From: an uncultured Trueperaceae bacterium
GTDB lineage: Bacteria > Deinococcota > Deinococci > Deinococcales > Trueperaceae
Length of the DNA stretch: 64,000 nucleotides
Direction of reading: 5' to 3'
Assembly: GCA_963815215.1 (NCBI GenBank)
Contig: CAWFFU010000003.1
Coordinates: 864,001 to 928,000 of the forward strand
Shown: in pieces, positions 22,686 through 34,247 of the stretch
How positions within the stretch are numbered: the first letter of the stretch is position 1
How the letters are laid out: each line of letters starts with the position of its first letter
Translations under genes and position numbers: made by a program
The notes under the pieces: model-generated
Told to the model about the DNA's origin: nothing
What the model saw: only the letters and a program-made list of their open reading frames with translations
Databases searched by the model: none

Positions 22686-23618
22686 TCAGACCATCCTGGC
22701 GGGATCCCACCAGAGCGCCAGGACATCGAGCAGCAGCCGGGCGACGGCCAGCGAACTGCGGCCGCTGGGATCGAGTGTAGGCGCCAGCTCGGTCAGATCC
22801 ATGCCGACCAGCCGGTTGCGCCCGATGACGGCGTCCACGACCCGGCGGACGTCGCCGTAAACGAGGCCGTCGATCTCGGGGTCGCCCGTCCCAGGAACGA
22901 TCGACGGGTCCAGCACGTCCACGTCGACGCTCAGATAGACGGCCGCCCGCTCGGGCAGCCCGGCCAGGACCCCATCCGGATCCTCGCGCAGCCCGGCCGC
23001 GGTGACCACCCGGTGTCCGCGCGCCCGCGCGGCCTCGACGGCCTCGCGCCCCAACGAGGCGCCGCGCACGCCGACGGTCGTGATCCGCTCGAGTCCGGGC
23101 AGGTCCTCCGCCGCGCGCCGGAACGCGCTGGCGCTGGAGACCCGGCTACCACGCCGCGAAGCGCTGTAGCCCAGATGAGCGTCGAGTTGCACCACGTGCA
23201 ACTCCGGCACATCGTCGAACGCCCGAAGCAGCGGATAGCTCAGCGAGTGGTCGCCGCCTACGAAGACCGGCAACCGCGCCACCGTGCGCAGCCGCCGAGC
23301 GACCGAGGTCACCCGCTCGAAGGTCTCGGCGACATCGTTCTGCACCGGGTCGACATCGCCGACGTCGATCAACCGCGCCCCTACCAGGCGCACGCTGGCC
23401 GTGTCGGGGTCGTAGAAACCTTCCGACCCGAAGGCGTAGCGACCGGAGGCCTCCCGCAACGCTGAGGGACCGAAGCGCGCTCCCGGCCGGAAGGTCGCGC
23501 CGTCATCGTAGGGAACGCCCAGGATGCCGACGTGAGCCTCGCCCCGATCGGCGTCGGGGCGGTGCGGCGCTCTGAAGAACGTAGCCGGTCCGGTGAACGG
23601 CGACTCGTGATGGCGCAT
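22686..23618 (-). CDS. Ureohydrolase (agmatinase/formimidoylglutamase family)
   Basis: GARFGP, GGDHS, DAHLG (variant of DAHxD) and SVDVDVLDP motifs; downstream of hutH. Confidence 0.85.
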   Translation of the reverse strand: MRHHESPFTGPATFFRAPHRPDADRGEAHVGILGVPYDDGATFRPGARFGPSALREASGRYAFGSEGFYDPDTASVRLVGARLIDVGDVDPVQNDVAETFERVTSVARRLRTVARLPVFVGGDHSLSYPLLRAFDDVPELHVVQLDAHLGYSASRRGSRVSSASAFRRAAEDLPGLERITTVGVRGASLGREAVEAARARGHRVVTAAGLREDPDGVLAGLPERAAVYLSVDVDVLDPSIVPGTGDPEIDGLVYGDVRRVVDAVIGRNRLVGMDLTELAPTLDPSGRSSLAVARLLLDVLALWWDPARMV

Positions 23619-23673
23619 ACCGAGATCCCTTCGCGCCCACGCTAGCACGCGGCCTTCGCGACGGCCCGGAGCC

Positions 23674-25194
23674 TCAGGCCAGCGTGCCTGCCTCGGCTTC
23701 GACCGCCGCCACCAGGCTACCGTCGACCACCGCGCTCCGCACGCGCTCGAGGTCGGGCAGCAGCAAGCGATCGCGGTCCAGATGAGGCGCCAGCTCGCGG
23801 ACCCGGCGGTAGGCCGCCTGGACGCCCCGACCGGGCCTCAGCGGGAGGTGGAAATCGAGCGCCTGAGCCGCGGAGAGGACCTCGATCGACACCACCCACA
23901 GCACGTTCTCGAGCACCTGCCGTGCCTTGCGGCAGGCATGCGTGCCCATCGACACGTGGTCCTCCTGATTCGCGCTGGTGGGGATGGAGTCGACCGAGGC
24001 CGGGTGCGCCAGCACCTTGTTCTCGCTGACCAGCGAGGCGGCAGTGTACTGGCTGACCATCAGGCCCGAGTGCAGACCGCCCTGCTCCGCCAGGAAGGCG
24101 GGGAGTCCCGACAGCGCCGGATTGAGCATCTGTTCGATACGGCGCTCGCTGATGCTGGCCATCTCCGCCAGCGCGATGGCGGCGTAGTCGGCGGCCAACG
24201 CCAGCGGCTGGCCGTGGAAGTTGCCCGCGCTCACCACCATGTCCTCCTGGTCGAACACCAGTGGGTTGTCGGTGACGCTCTGGAGCTCGGTCTCGAGCGT
24301 GGAACGGACGTGGGTGAGCGCGTCGCGCGAGGCACCGTGAACCTGGGGCACGGCCCTGAGGCTGTAGGCGTCCTGCACCTTGTCGCAATCGACGTGCGAG
24401 CGCTGGATGGCGGAGTCCTCCAGGAGCGCGCGCAGGTTGCCGGCCACGGTGACGGCACCCGGGTGGGGGCGGACGCGCGTGACGGCCGCCAGGAAGGGGC
24501 GGTGGCTCCCCTTGAGCGCTTCCACGCTCATGGCGGCGGCGATGTCGGCCGCCCTCAGCAGCCGCTCGGCGTCGATCAGTAGCAGGGCGAGCTGCGCGCT
24601 CATCGCCTGGGTGCCGTTGATGAGCGCCAGGCCCTCCTTCGCCTCGAGCACCAGCGGTTCGATGCCGAGCTCGTCCAGCACCTCGCGCGCGGGACGGCGT
24701 CCACCCCGCCAGCGCAGCTCGCCCTCGCCGATGAGGGGCAGGCTCATGTGCGCCAGCGGGGCCAGGTCGCCCGATGCCCCGACCGACCCCTGCGACGGCA
24801 CTCGCGGAAGGGCGCCGGCGTTGAGTAGCTCCAGCAGGGTGTCGACCACCCGCGGGCGGATGCCCGAGACGCCGTGAGCCAGGGATTGGGCGCGAAGCAC
24901 CATCATGGCCCGCACGACATCATCGTCGAAGGCCTCGCCCACGCCGATGGCGTGCGACAGCAACAGGTTCCGCTGCAGCGCCCGCACCGAGTCGCGTTCG
25001 ATGCGCGTGGTGGCGAAGCGGCCGAACCCGGTGGTGACGCCGTAGACGGTGCGCCCCTCGGCGACCAGCCGGTCGATGTAGGCACGGTTGCGTTCCATGC
25101 GCGCCCGCGCCGCGTCGCCGAGCCGCACCCCCTCGCGTCCGCGCGCCACACGGCCGACCTGAGCGAGCTCGAGTTGACGGTCGAGCACCACCAT
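23674..25194 (-). CDS. hutH: Histidine ammonia-lyase
   Basis: [11 protein letters not shown]-forming [41 protein letters not shown]. Confidence 0.93.
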   Translation of the reverse strand: MVVLDRQLELAQVGRVARGREGVRLGDAARARMERNRAYIDRLVAEGRTVYGVTTGFGRFATTRIERDSVRALQRNLLLSHAIGVGEAFDDDVVRAMMVLRAQSLAHGVSGIRPRVVDTLLELLNAGALPRVPSQGSVGASGDLAPLAHMSLPLIGEGELRWRGGRRPAREVLDELGIEPLVLEAKEGLALINGTQAMSAQLALLLIDAERLLRAADIAAAMSVEALKGSHRPFLAAVTRVRPHPGAVTVAGNLRALLEDSAIQRSHVDCDKVQDAYSLRAVPQVHGASRDALTHVRSTLETELQSVTDNPLVFDQEDMVVSAGNFHGQPLALAADYAAIALAEMASISERRIEQMLNPALSGLPAFLAEQGGLHSGLMVSQYTAASLVSENKVLAHPASVDSIPTSANQEDHVSMGTHACRKARQVLENVLWVVSIEVLSAAQALDFHLPLRPGRGVQAAYRRVRELAPHLDRDRLLLPDLERVRSAVVDGSLVAAVEAEAGTLA

Positions 25195-25202
25195 GGCGCG
25201 GC

Positions 25203-27854
25203 TCAGCCCCTTTCACCCAGGCGGCTCAGCACGGCCTCGACGCGGGCAACGAGGTCTTCGGCCTCCGCGAGGCGGCGGCGCTCTTCGGCGACCACCGCCT
25301 CCGGCGCGTTGGCGGTGAACTTGGCGTTGGCGAGCTTGCGTTCGGAGCGCTCGGAGTCGGCGCGCAGCTTCTCCAGGCGGCGGCGCTGCTTGTCGCGCCA
25401 TTCGGCCTCGTCGACCAGGCCTTCGAAGGGGAGCTTCAGCTCCAGACCGGGCACCACCTGGGTGAGCGCGGTACCTTGCGGCGCAGCGGCCTCGAGCTCG
25501 ACCCGCGCCAGCGCCTGAACCACCTCGCGCTCGGCCAGCAACGCTGCGCTCCCCTCCCCCGCCACGTGTATCGGGATCGTCCGGGCCGGCGCCAGGTCGG
25601 CGTCGGCGCGCAACGCGCGTACGGCGCCCACGGCCTGCCGCACGACGTCGAAGGCGCGCTCGGCGCGATCGTCGAGCAAGGCAGCGTCCACCTCCGGCCA
25701 GCTCGCCACGGCGATCTGGTGCTCGTGCCCGAGAGCCTGGAACAGCTCGGAGGTGATGAACGGCACGATCGGGTGCAGCAGCTTCAGCAGCGCCTCGAAG
25801 GTGGTTCGCAGCACGTAGCGGGTGCGACCGTCGCCTGCCCGCAGGGCGGGCTTCGCCGCCTCCAGGTACCAGTCACAGAACTCCGACCAGACCACCTCGT
25901 AGAGCAGGCGATTGGCCGCCCCCAGGTCGTACCCCTCCAGCGCCTCGGTGACCCCGGCGATGGCGCGCTGCAGGCGGCTGGCCATCCAACGATCTGCCAG
26001 CCGCTCGGGCTCGCCGACGTCCTCGGGGCCCTCGCCGAGCTGCATCAGGACGAAGCGCGCGGCGTTGAACAGCTTGTTGTTGAAGTTGCGCCCCATCTCG
26101 ACACGGCGCTCGTCCCAGCGGATGTCCTGTCCGCCGGTCGAGGTGTAGGTCATGGCGAACCGCAACGCGTCGGCTCCGTAGGTGTCGATGACAGTCAGCG
26201 GATCGATGCCGTTCCCCTTCGACTTCGACATCTTCTGTCCCTCGGCGTCGAGCACCAGGCCGTGCAGGAGCACGTCGCGGAAGGGGGCTCGGTCGGTGAG
26301 CTCGAAGCCCGCCATCTCCATGCGCGCGACCCAGAAGAACAGGATGTCGTAGCCGGTCACCAGCACCGAGGTCGGGTAGAAGGTCTGGAAGTACGGATCG
26401 TCCACGTCGGGCCAGCCCAGGGTGCTGAACGGCCACAGGTTGGACGAGAACCAGGTGTCGAACACGTCTGGGTCCTGCACCAGCCGCACACCGGCATTCT
26501 CGGGCTTCTCCGGGGGATCCGTGAACGGATCGTCGACGTCGGGAACGTGAACGTTGCCATCCTCGTCGTACCAGGCCGGGATCTGGTGCCCCCACCAGAG
26601 CTGGCGCGAGATGTTCCAGGGACGGATGGCCGCCAGCCAATCGCGGTTGACCTTGGCGTAGCGCTCCGGCACGATGCGCACTTCGCCGTCGTCGAGCGCC
26701 TTCAACACTCGCTTCGCCACCGGCTCCACGTCGTAGAACCACTGCAACGACAAGATCGGCTCGACCGGGACCTTGGTACGCTGCGACAGCCCCATGGGGA
26801 TGGTGTAGGCCTCTTCCGAGACCAGTGCGGCCTCGCGGCGCAGGGCGTCCACCACCCGCTCGCGCGCCTCGAAGCGCTCCAACCCCCGGAACCGCTCGGG
26901 CACCAGCTCGCCCGCGAGACGGGCGTGCAGATCGATGACGCTGGGGTGGGCGAGGCCGTGGCGCTCGCCGATCTCGAAGTCGGTCGGGTCGTGGGCGGGC
27001 GTGATCTTCAGGGCGCCGGTGCCGAAGTCCCGCTCGACGGCCTCGTCGGCGATCACCGGGATCCAACGGTCGGTGAGCGGGATTCGCACGTTGCGGCCGA
27101 GCAGCGAGCGGTAGCGGTCGTCATCAGGATGGACGGCCACCGCCTGGTCGGCGAAGATCGTCTCCGGCCGCACCGTGGCGATGCGGACGGAGCCGCCGCC
27201 CTCGAGGGTGTATGCCAGCGTGTAGAGCGTCCCGGCGCGCTCCTCGCGCTCGACCTCGAGATCCGAAAGCGTCGTCTGGCTCTCCGGGTCCCAGTTGACG
27301 ATGCGTTCGCCCCGGTAGATCCGCCCCTGGTGGTAGAGCTGAACGAACTGCCGCCGTACCGCGCGCGACAGGCCCTCGTCCATCGTGAAGCGGATGCGCG
27401 ACCAGTCGGCGGAGATGCCCAGACGCTGCAGCTGCTGCAGGATGATGCCGCCGTACCGCTCCTTCCACGCCCACATGCGCTCGAGGAAGGCCTCCCGACC
27501 GAGCTCGTGCCGGTCGGTCCCCTCAGCGCGAAGCGCCCGCTCCACCTGAACCTGGGTGGAGATGCCGGCGTGGTCGGTGCCCGCCTGGAACAGCGCCTCG
27601 TAGCCCTGCATGCGCTTGAAGCGGATCAGCGTGTCGATCACGGCGTTGTCGAAGGCGTGCCCCAGGTGGAGGTTGCCGGTCACGTTGGGCGGCGGGATGA
27701 CGATGCAGAAAGGCTCGCGCCCCGAAGCAGGGTCGACGGTGAAGGGCTCGGCCGCCCAGCGCTCGGCCCAACGGCCTTCCACCGCCAGCGGCTCGTAGCG
27801 GCTCGGGAGCGAAGCGGCTCCCGTCGAGGTCATGTCCGTCGTCGTGTCGCTCAT
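25203..27854 (-). CDS. valS: Valine--tRNA ligase
   Basis: [42 protein letters not shown]-terminal coiled coil; RBS GGAGG. Confidence 0.97.
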   Translation of the reverse strand: MSDTTTDMTSTGAASLPSRYEPLAVEGRWAERWAAEPFTVDPASGREPFCIVIPPPNVTGNLHLGHAFDNAVIDTLIRFKRMQGYEALFQAGTDHAGISTQVQVERALRAEGTDRHELGREAFLERMWAWKERYGGIILQQLQRLGISADWSRIRFTMDEGLSRAVRRQFVQLYHQGRIYRGERIVNWDPESQTTLSDLEVEREERAGTLYTLAYTLEGGGSVRIATVRPETIFADQAVAVHPDDDRYRSLLGRNVRIPLTDRWIPVIADEAVERDFGTGALKITPAHDPTDFEIGERHGLAHPSVIDLHARLAGELVPERFRGLERFEARERVVDALRREAALVSEEAYTIPMGLSQRTKVPVEPILSLQWFYDVEPVAKRVLKALDDGEVRIVPERYAKVNRDWLAAIRPWNISRQLWWGHQIPAWYDEDGNVHVPDVDDPFTDPPEKPENAGVRLVQDPDVFDTWFSSNLWPFSTLGWPDVDDPYFQTFYPTSVLVTGYDILFFWVARMEMAGFELTDRAPFRDVLLHGLVLDAEGQKMSKSKGNGIDPLTVIDTYGADALRFAMTYTSTGGQDIRWDERRVEMGRNFNNKLFNAARFVLMQLGEGPEDVGEPERLADRWMASRLQRAIAGVTEALEGYDLGAANRLLYEVVWSEFCDWYLEAAKPALRAGDGRTRYVLRTTFEALLKLLHPIVPFITSELFQALGHEHQIAVASWPEVDAALLDDRAERAFDVVRQAVGAVRALRADADLAPARTIPIHVAGEGSAALLAEREVVQALARVELEAAAPQGTALTQVVPGLELKLPFEGLVDEAEWRDKQRRRLEKLRADSERSERKLANAKFTANAPEAVVAEERRRLAEAEDLVARVEAVLSRLGERG

Positions 27855-27877
27855 GCCAACCTCCGCCGGCTCGGCCC

Positions 27878-28166
27878 AACAAAGAACGGGCCCCGCCCGA
27901 CCGTTGCGGACGAGGTCTCCCCCGCGGTACCACCGCACTTCCCCGGACCCTGTGGGGTCGGAGCGCTCGCTTGCGCCGCACTGACGGGGCGGCGTCCGGA
28001 GGGTCTACCGACCGACCTAGGGTCGGTCCTCTTCCTCGCACCGATGCCGCGGCTCAGGGCCGGGGCAGCGATCCGTGGGCGACGTTCACCGGCGCGTCCG
28101 GCCCGGCTTCACAGCACCTGCAGCGGGCTCTCTGGCGGACGACGGGGCGGCTACTCCTCCCACGTA
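27878..28166 (-). ncRNA. T-box riboswitch (Val specifier GUC) upstream of valS
   Basis: AGTA and AGAGA boxes in stem I; GAAC-GTC specifier (28083-28081); T-box AAGTGCGGTGGTACCGCG (27940-27923); following hairpin with U-rich tail; TGCTAGAAT extended -10 at about 28181-28173. Confidence 0.85.
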
Positions 28167-28224
28167 CACGGGATTCTAGCAGGTCACCTGCGCCCTCACA
28201 AGCGCCCGGCGCAACGCTGCCACC

Positions 28225-29277
28225 TCACAGCACGGGCAGGCTGGCCATCGCCTGGATGCTGATCTGTCCGGCCAGCATCCGCGCCGCGCGTCGCAACTCG
28301 AGCGCGCTGGCGTTGTCCGGATCGGCGACCACCAGAGGAACGCCGTGATCGCCGCTCTCGCGCAGCGCCCGTGTGATGGGGATGTGCCCGAGCACCGGCA
28401 GGTGCTCGTCCGCAGCCCAGCGGTCGGCTCCGCCCTCCCCGAAGATGTAGTCGCGCTCACCGTTCGGCAACTGGTAGTAGCTCATGTTCTCGATGACGCC
28501 CAGCACCGGGACGTGCGTCTTGCGCGCCATGGTGTGGGCGCGCCGCACGTCCGCCAGCGCCACGTCCTGGGGCGTGGTCACCAACACCATGCCGGTGAGT
28601 GGCACGAGCTGCGCCAACGACAGCTGCACGTCGCCGGTACCGGGCGGCAGGTCCACTACCAGGTAATCCAGCTCGCCCCACACGGTCTGCTGCAGGAGCT
28701 GCGTGAGGGTGCCGTGCAGGATCGGCCCGCGCCAGGTCAGGGCCTGGCCGTCCTCCACCAGGTTGCCGATGGAGACGAGCCTCACGCCGAATCCCTCGAG
28801 GGGAATGATGTTCTTGTCGGCGTCTGCGGCCAGGCGCTGGCCCGAGACGCCGAACATGGTGGTCTGGCTGGGGCCGTAGATGTCGGCGTCGAGGAGGCCC
28901 ACGCTGGCGCCTTCCAGCGCCAGCGAGGCCGCCAGGTTGGCGGCCACCGTGGACTTCCCGACGCCCCCCTTGCCGGACCCCACGGCCAGGATCGTCTTGA
29001 CACCGGGCAACGGCTCCTGCTGCGGGCCGCGCACCTGAGACCCGAAGGTGATCGCCACCTCGCGGACGCCGACGGCCGAGGCAAGGGCAGCGCGCACGTC
29101 GTTCTCGATGGTGTTCTTCAGGGGGCAGGCGGGGGTCGTCAGGTTGACCGTCAAGCGCACGGCCTCGCCTTCGATGGCGACCTCTCCGATCATGCCCAGG
29201 CTCACGAGATCCTGGTGGAGTTCCGGGTCCTGTACGGTCTTCAGCGCCTCGAGGACGCGTTCTTCGGTGATGGCCAT
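28225..29277 (-). CDS. mrp: Mrp/ApbC (NBP35 family) ATPase with N-terminal DUF59 domain
   Basis: DPEL...LTTPACP, GKGGVGKS, DADIYGPS, DLPPGTGD, VTTPQ, ENMS. Confidence 0.92.
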   Translation of the reverse strand: MAITEERVLEALKTVQDPELHQDLVSLGMIGEVAIEGEAVRLTVNLTTPACPLKNTIENDVRAALASAVGVREVAITFGSQVRGPQQEPLPGVKTILAVGSGKGGVGKSTVAANLAASLALEGASVGLLDADIYGPSQTTMFGVSGQRLAADADKNIIPLEGFGVRLVSIGNLVEDGQALTWRGPILHGTLTQLLQQTVWGELDYLVVDLPPGTGDVQLSLAQLVPLTGMVLVTTPQDVALADVRRAHTMARKTHVPVLGVIENMSYYQLPNGERDYIFGEGGADRWAADEHLPVLGHIPITRALRESGDHGVPLVVADPDNASALELRRAARMLAGQISIQAMASLPVL

Positions 29278-29549
29278 GATTGAGGCCAGCGTATCAGCAA
29301 GCCCCGCGCCTCACAAGCTCCGGCCCTACAGCGAGGGCCGCCGGGGCGGCCGCCGGCTCTTGCGAGCACTTTCACCTTGTGACCCCCACGCCCCCTGGCT
29401 ATACTCGGCACTGTGACAGCCGTCCGGCGAATCGGCCCCGCTCCCTCCTGCGCCGCTCCGACGCATCGAGCCGGCCGCGGGCGCGTCGGTAGAAGGCTCG
29501 ATCTCGGCGTGCTCCGGGGATCTGCGCCGACCGGCCCGAGTCGGGCCCC

Positions 29550-31058
29550 ATGAACGGCAACGGCCGCTACCAGCGTCAGGAGATCTACCTCCAACAGGGA
29601 GACATCCGTTGCTACCGCGGCGTCGATCCTCTCACTGGACTGGCGGTACTCATCTACGCCTTCCCCGGCCGCCCCACCGCGCCGGCGGCCGGGCTGGAGT
29701 CCGAGAACATCCCGGGCATCCTGGTCAGCTCCTACGAGGACAACGTCGGACAGGTCGTGGCGGCCTACTCGCCGCACTACGGCCTGGTGGCCCCGGGCGA
29801 GTCCGTGGTCGACGACCACTTCGTCCTGGAGGCGGCGCGCGCGGCGCGCGACGCGGCCGCCGCGGGCGTGGTCCACGGCGACCTGCGGGCCGGCCGCCTG
29901 CTGTACGCGCAGGGGCACGTGCTGATCGAAGGGTACGGCGTGCCCTGGACGGCCGTGGACTCCGACGTGACGGCTCCGGAGGTCGCCGGCGGAGGGCCCC
30001 CGTCCCTGCCCGCCGACGTCTACGCGCTGGCGGCGACCTTGCTCCTGCTCGGCGGGGACAACCTCAGCCATGAGGTCGGCGCCCTGCTGCGCAGCGCCCT
30101 GGTGCCCGACCCCCACGAGCGGACGACCGCCCTGGCCCTGTACGCGCAGGTGCGGCGCGCCTGTGGCGGCACCATGACACCACCGCCACGCAGCTTCGAC
30201 GATCTCACCCTACCGACCAGCACGGGCGGCGCGGCTCCCGAGCCGCAGCCCACCGAGCCGCCGGAGCCGAGTCCGTCCGGCGCCAGACTGTCTGCCACCC
30301 GCTCGGACTTCCAGCTCGACCTCGACTTCGAGCTCGACGTGGCCACCCCACCGACCGATCACGGCGCCCTCACCACCGGGAACGCCGGTCGCGAACCGCG
30401 GCCGCTCCCACCGCGAGTCCCGGCCCCGAGCCGACCGGACGCCGCTCCTTCGGGCGCTCCCGACGAGCCCGAGCCGATCACGCTCCACAGCGACCCGGGC
30501 CTCAGTCCGCACGGCGCGTCCCGCTCCACCCGCGACAGCATGGCCGGCTTCGTCAAGGACCTGCCCCCCGGAGCGACCTACCGGGCCGGCTCCTTGGACG
30601 ACGCCCAGCCAGCGGCCCCCATCCGGATGGAGCTGCAGCCGGAGGAGCGGGGGCGCCGTCGTTCCTGGCGCGGGCCGCTGCTGGTGATCCTGGCCCTCGT
30701 GGCCGCAGGGGCCGTCGCGTCGATCGCCTTCCTCAAACAGGGCACACTGGCGCCGGCGCCGCTCACGAGCAGCGCCGTCAGTTACATCCTGTCCGTGCAG
30801 GTGCAGCCCACCAACCTCCCGCCGGTCGACCTCTACGTCGTGCGCAGCCCGAGCGGCTCCGGCACGCCGGCCGGCACCATCCTGTGCCGGGCCCCGTGCA
30901 AGATCGTGCTCGACCGTGCCGGCAAGTGGCAGTTCCGGGGCGAGTTCCTGAGCCGCACCTCGGCGGTGGCGGACGTCACGCTCCCCGGCCCGCGCCTGGT
31001 CACGCTCACCTTCCCGCCGGCCCCTGGGTCGACCTCGACCCCCCCCACCCGTCCCTGA
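29550..31058 (+). CDS. Membrane-anchored degenerate Ser/Thr-kinase-like protein
   Basis: VHGDL, APE and DVYAL kinase-like remnants; Pro-rich linker; one TM; beta-rich C-terminal domain. Confidence 0.6.
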   Translation: MNGNGRYQRQEIYLQQGDIRCYRGVDPLTGLAVLIYAFPGRPTAPAAGLESENIPGILVSSYEDNVGQVVAAYSPHYGLVAPGESVVDDHFVLEAARAARDAAAAGVVHGDLRAGRLLYAQGHVLIEGYGVPWTAVDSDVTAPEVAGGGPPSLPADVYALAATLLLLGGDNLSHEVGALLRSALVPDPHERTTALALYAQVRRACGGTMTPPPRSFDDLTLPTSTGGAAPEPQPTEPPEPSPSGARLSATRSDFQLDLDFELDVATPPTDHGALTTGNAGREPRPLPPRVPAPSRPDAAPSGAPDEPEPITLHSDPGLSPHGASRSTRDSMAGFVKDLPPGATYRAGSLDDAQPAAPIRMELQPEERGRRRSWRGPLLVILALVAAGAVASIAFLKQGTLAPAPLTSSAVSYILSVQVQPTNLPPVDLYVVRSPSGSGTPAGTILCRAPCKIVLDRAGKWQFRGEFLSRTSAVADVTLPGPRLVTLTFPPAPGSTSTPPTRP

Positions 31059-31074
31059 CAGCCGAAGGAGGCCC

Positions 31075-32607
31075 ATGCCCAGCATCGTCGTCGTGGACTA
31101 CGGGTCGCAGTACACCCGGCTCATCACCCGGAGGCTGCGCGAGCTCAGCGTGTTCTCCGTCATCGTTCCCCACACCACCAACGTGGAGACGGTGCGGAGC
31201 TTCGATCCCCGCGGCGTCATCCTGTCGGGTGGGCCGCAGAGCGTCACCGACCCGGAGGCGCCGGGCCTACCGGACGGCCTGCTCGACGCCGGTCTGCCTA
31301 TCCTGGCCATCTGCTACGGCATGCAGCTCGTGGCGCGCGATCTCGGCGGCGAGGTGCGGTCGAGCCCGGTGCGCGAGTACGGCAAAGCCGTCCTGACCCA
31401 TTACGGCGGCGAACTCTTCGACGGCGTGGAGGGCGAGTTCGTGGCCTGGATGAGCCACGGCATCTCGGTGGTGCGCCCCCCCGCAGGCTTCACCGTCGTC
31501 GCTTCCACCGACGACACGCCGGTCGCCGCCATGGAGTGGCCCGAACGGAACCTGTACGCGCTGCAGTTCCACCCTGAGGTTCGGCACACCCCCAAGGGGA
31601 TGGCGCTGCTCGAGCGCTTCGTTCACGCCACCGGGATCGCGCGCGACTGGACGCCCGAGAACATCGTTCAGCAGATGGTGGCCGACGTCCGCGAGCGCGT
31701 CGGCGGGGAGCGCGTGCTACTGGGCATCTCCGGCGGCGTCGACTCCAGCACGCTGGGCCTGCTTCTCCATCGCGCATTGGGCGAGAAGCTGGTCGCGGTG
31801 TTCGTCGACCACGGTCTGCTACGCCTCGGCGAGGCCGAGGAGGTGGAGCGGGCGCTCACCGACCTGGGCGTGGATCTCCGGGCCGTGAACGCCTCGGAGC
31901 GCTTCCTGTCCGCGCTGGCCGGCGTTACCGACCCCGAGACCAAGCGCAAGATCATCGGCCGCGAGTTCATCGAGGTGTTCGCGCGCGAGGCGCGTGCCGT
32001 CCAGGCCGAAGGGGGCGCTATCCGTTTCCTCGCGCAGGGCACGCTCTATCCGGACGTGGTCGAGTCCGCCGGCGGCTTCGGTGCGGCCAACATCAAGTCC
32101 CACCACAACGTCGGCGGGCTTCCCGACGATCTCGACTTCGAGCTCATCGAGCCGTTCCGTACGCTGTTCAAGGACGAGGTCCGGGAGATCGCGGAGACGC
32201 TGGGGTTGCCCAGGCACCTTCGCGATCGCCACCCGTTCCCCGGGCCCGGCCTCGCCATCCGCATCATCGGCGAGGTCACCCCCGAGCGCCTGGCGGTGCT
32301 CCGCCGCGTCGACGACATCTTCGTCAGCAGCCTGCGCGAGTTCGGCCTGTACAACGACACCTGGCAAGCGCTGGCGGTGCTCACCCCGATCCGCTCGGTA
32401 GGGGTGATGGGCGACGGCCGCACCTACGCCCACACCGTTGCCCTGCGCGCCGTGAGCAGCGTCGATGGCATGACGGCCGATTGGACACGGCTGCCGCACG
32501 AGTTCCTCGCCACGGTGTCGAGCCGTATCGTCAACAGCGTGCCCGAGGTCAACCGGGTGGTCTTCGACATCACCTCGAAGCCGCCGGGAACGATCGAGTG
32601 GGAGTGA
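31075..32607 (+). CDS. guaA: GMP synthase (glutamine-hydrolysing)
   Basis: [43 protein letters not shown]. Confidence 0.97.
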   Translation: MPSIVVVDYGSQYTRLITRRLRELSVFSVIVPHTTNVETVRSFDPRGVILSGGPQSVTDPEAPGLPDGLLDAGLPILAICYGMQLVARDLGGEVRSSPVREYGKAVLTHYGGELFDGVEGEFVAWMSHGISVVRPPAGFTVVASTDDTPVAAMEWPERNLYALQFHPEVRHTPKGMALLERFVHATGIARDWTPENIVQQMVADVRERVGGERVLLGISGGVDSSTLGLLLHRALGEKLVAVFVDHGLLRLGEAEEVERALTDLGVDLRAVNASERFLSALAGVTDPETKRKIIGREFIEVFAREARAVQAEGGAIRFLAQGTLYPDVVESAGGFGAANIKSHHNVGGLPDDLDFELIEPFRTLFKDEVREIAETLGLPRHLRDRHPFPGPGLAIRIIGEVTPERLAVLRRVDDIFVSSLREFGLYNDTWQALAVLTPIRSVGVMGDGRTYAHTVALRAVSSVDGMTADWTRLPHEFLATVSSRIVNSVPEVNRVVFDITSKPPGTIEWE

Positions 32608-32710
32608 GGTCGGCCGCGCGCCCGAGATCCGGCGCCCGCCTGCTACGCTCCCGGTGACAGCGGGACCGGACCGCGGCGACGCACCCGTCCGCGTTGCTAC
32701 CATGGCCCGC

Positions 32711-33187
32711 ATGAGCCGTGCCTGGTTGGTCAAGAGCGAACCCAACGCCTACAGTTACGACGATCTGGAACGCGACGGTCGAACCGCGTGGGACGGCGTG
32801 CGAAACTACCAGGCCCGCAACTTCATGCGCGACGAGATGCAGGTCGGGGACGCGGTGCTCTTCTATCACTCGAACGTCGCGGACCCGGCGGTGGTGGGCG
32901 TGGCCCGGGTGGCCTCGGAGGCCTACCCGGACCCGACGCAGTTCGACGCCGAAGACCCGCACTTCGATCCCAAGGCCAGCCGGGACGCCCCCCGCTGGAT
33001 GCTGGTCGACCTGGAGCCGTTGCGACGATTGACCCTGGCGGTGCCCCTGGCGCGCCTGAAGGAGGACCCGGCGCTGGAGGGGCTGGCGCTGGTGCGCCGC
33101 GGCAACCGATTGAGCGTGATGCCGGTGGACGACGCACACTTCCGGCACGTGCTCGAGCTGGGCGGAGCGGACCCCGACGCGCTCTAG
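32711..33187 (+). CDS. EVE domain protein
   Basis: WLVKSEP, WDGVRNYQARN, FYHS, RLSVMPV. Confidence 0.9.
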   Translation: MSRAWLVKSEPNAYSYDDLERDGRTAWDGVRNYQARNFMRDEMQVGDAVLFYHSNVADPAVVGVARVASEAYPDPTQFDAEDPHFDPKASRDAPRWMLVDLEPLRRLTLAVPLARLKEDPALEGLALVRRGNRLSVMPVDDAHFRHVLELGGADPDAL

Positions 33188-33285
33188 CCGAGGTGCGCGG
33201 GGCGCCCTGGGCGACGTGGTTGGAATGCCGTCCCTGTCGCGTTAGCCGCGACGTCGCAAAGGCCCGGACGTGCTAGCATGACGGC

Positions 33286-34245
33286 ATGAACGATCGCCGC
33301 GCCCGCATCCTTCGCATGGTCGCGGAGTCCTATATCCGGACGGCTCATCCGGTGGCGTCGGCGCGTATCGCCGAGCAGCTGGAATTGAGCAGCGCGACGG
33401 TCCGCAACGAGTTCGGAGCCCTCGAGGAGGAGGGCTACCTGCAGCAGCCGCACACCTCGGCCGGTCGTATCCCGACCTCGCGCGGGTTCCGGTCGTACGC
33501 GCTGGGCTGCCTTCCACCCCGGCGCCTGCCCGAGCGGCAGCGCTCGCAGCTCGTGCGCCAGCTGCTGGCCACCAACGGCGACGGCCTGTTCGCGCTGGTG
33601 GCGCGGGCCGCCGCAGAGCTCTCCGGCTACGCCGTGGTGGTGCGGTTGCCTGCCGACGACGCCCTGCACATCCTGGAGATCCACCTCAGCATGCTCTCGG
33701 CCGAGCGGCTGCTGGCGGTCGTGGTGCTGGAGAACGGCATCGTCCGTCAGCTCAGCGTCGATCTAGCCCCGCCCCCTGCCGACCGCGTGCTCGACGACGC
33801 CGAACGCAACCTGCGCCAGCTCACACTGCCCTTGGGCGAGGTCCCGCGTGCGCTCGACGCCATCGCCACCCATGCCGACGAGGAGCTGGCCCGCACGTTG
33901 CAGGCGATCGCGGGCGCGTGGCCTCGCCTCAACCCGCCCCGCATGTTCAGCGAGGGGCTGCGCCAGCTGCTCGCCGAACCGGAGTCGAGCGATCCGGAGT
34001 TCATCCGGCTGGTGGTGGAGCAGGTCGAACGGACCGAGCAGCCGGCTGGCGCCTGGACCGTCCACGATCAGCCGCTGGGCCTGGACCTCGACGACGCCGT
34101 GGCTCGCATCACCTCGAGTTTCGAGTTGGGCGTCGGCATGGGATCGCTGACGGTACTTGGACCTGCCCGCATGCGCTACCCGGCCGCCATGATGGTGGCC
34201 CGAGGCGTCAGCGAGGCGCTGTCGCTGGGCCTGCAGAGGGCCTGA
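33286..34245 (+). CDS. hrcA: Heat-inducible transcription repressor HrcA
   Basis: SSATVRNE, QPHTSAGRIPT and LGPARMRY motifs. Confidence 0.92.
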   Translation: MNDRRARILRMVAESYIRTAHPVASARIAEQLELSSATVRNEFGALEEEGYLQQPHTSAGRIPTSRGFRSYALGCLPPRRLPERQRSQLVRQLLATNGDGLFALVARAAAELSGYAVVVRLPADDALHILEIHLSMLSAERLLAVVVLENGIVRQLSVDLAPPPADRVLDDAERNLRQLTLPLGEVPRALDAIATHADEELARTLQAIAGAWPRLNPPRMFSEGLRQLLAEPESSDPEFIRLVVEQVERTEQPAGAWTVHDQPLGLDLDDAVARITSSFELGVGMGSLTVLGPARMRYPAAMMVARGVSEALSLGLQRA

Positions 34246-34247
34246 GC

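Noticed and set aside
25476..28262. 928-aa antisense ORF opposite valS (and similar long ORFs such as 13820-16024, 42966-44762, 56942-58615)
   Set aside because: Typical stop-poor antisense frames of high-GC genes; they fully overlap well-supported genes
32711..33187. EVE protein as part of a modification-dependent defence system
   Set aside because: Stand-alone EVE among housekeeping genes, with no nuclease or toxin partner
33242..33276. Possible CIRCE upstream of hrcA (TTAGC...GTGCTAG)
   Set aside because: Arms and spacing do not fit TTAGCACTC-N9-GAGTGCTAA; the right part is better explained as the -10 box
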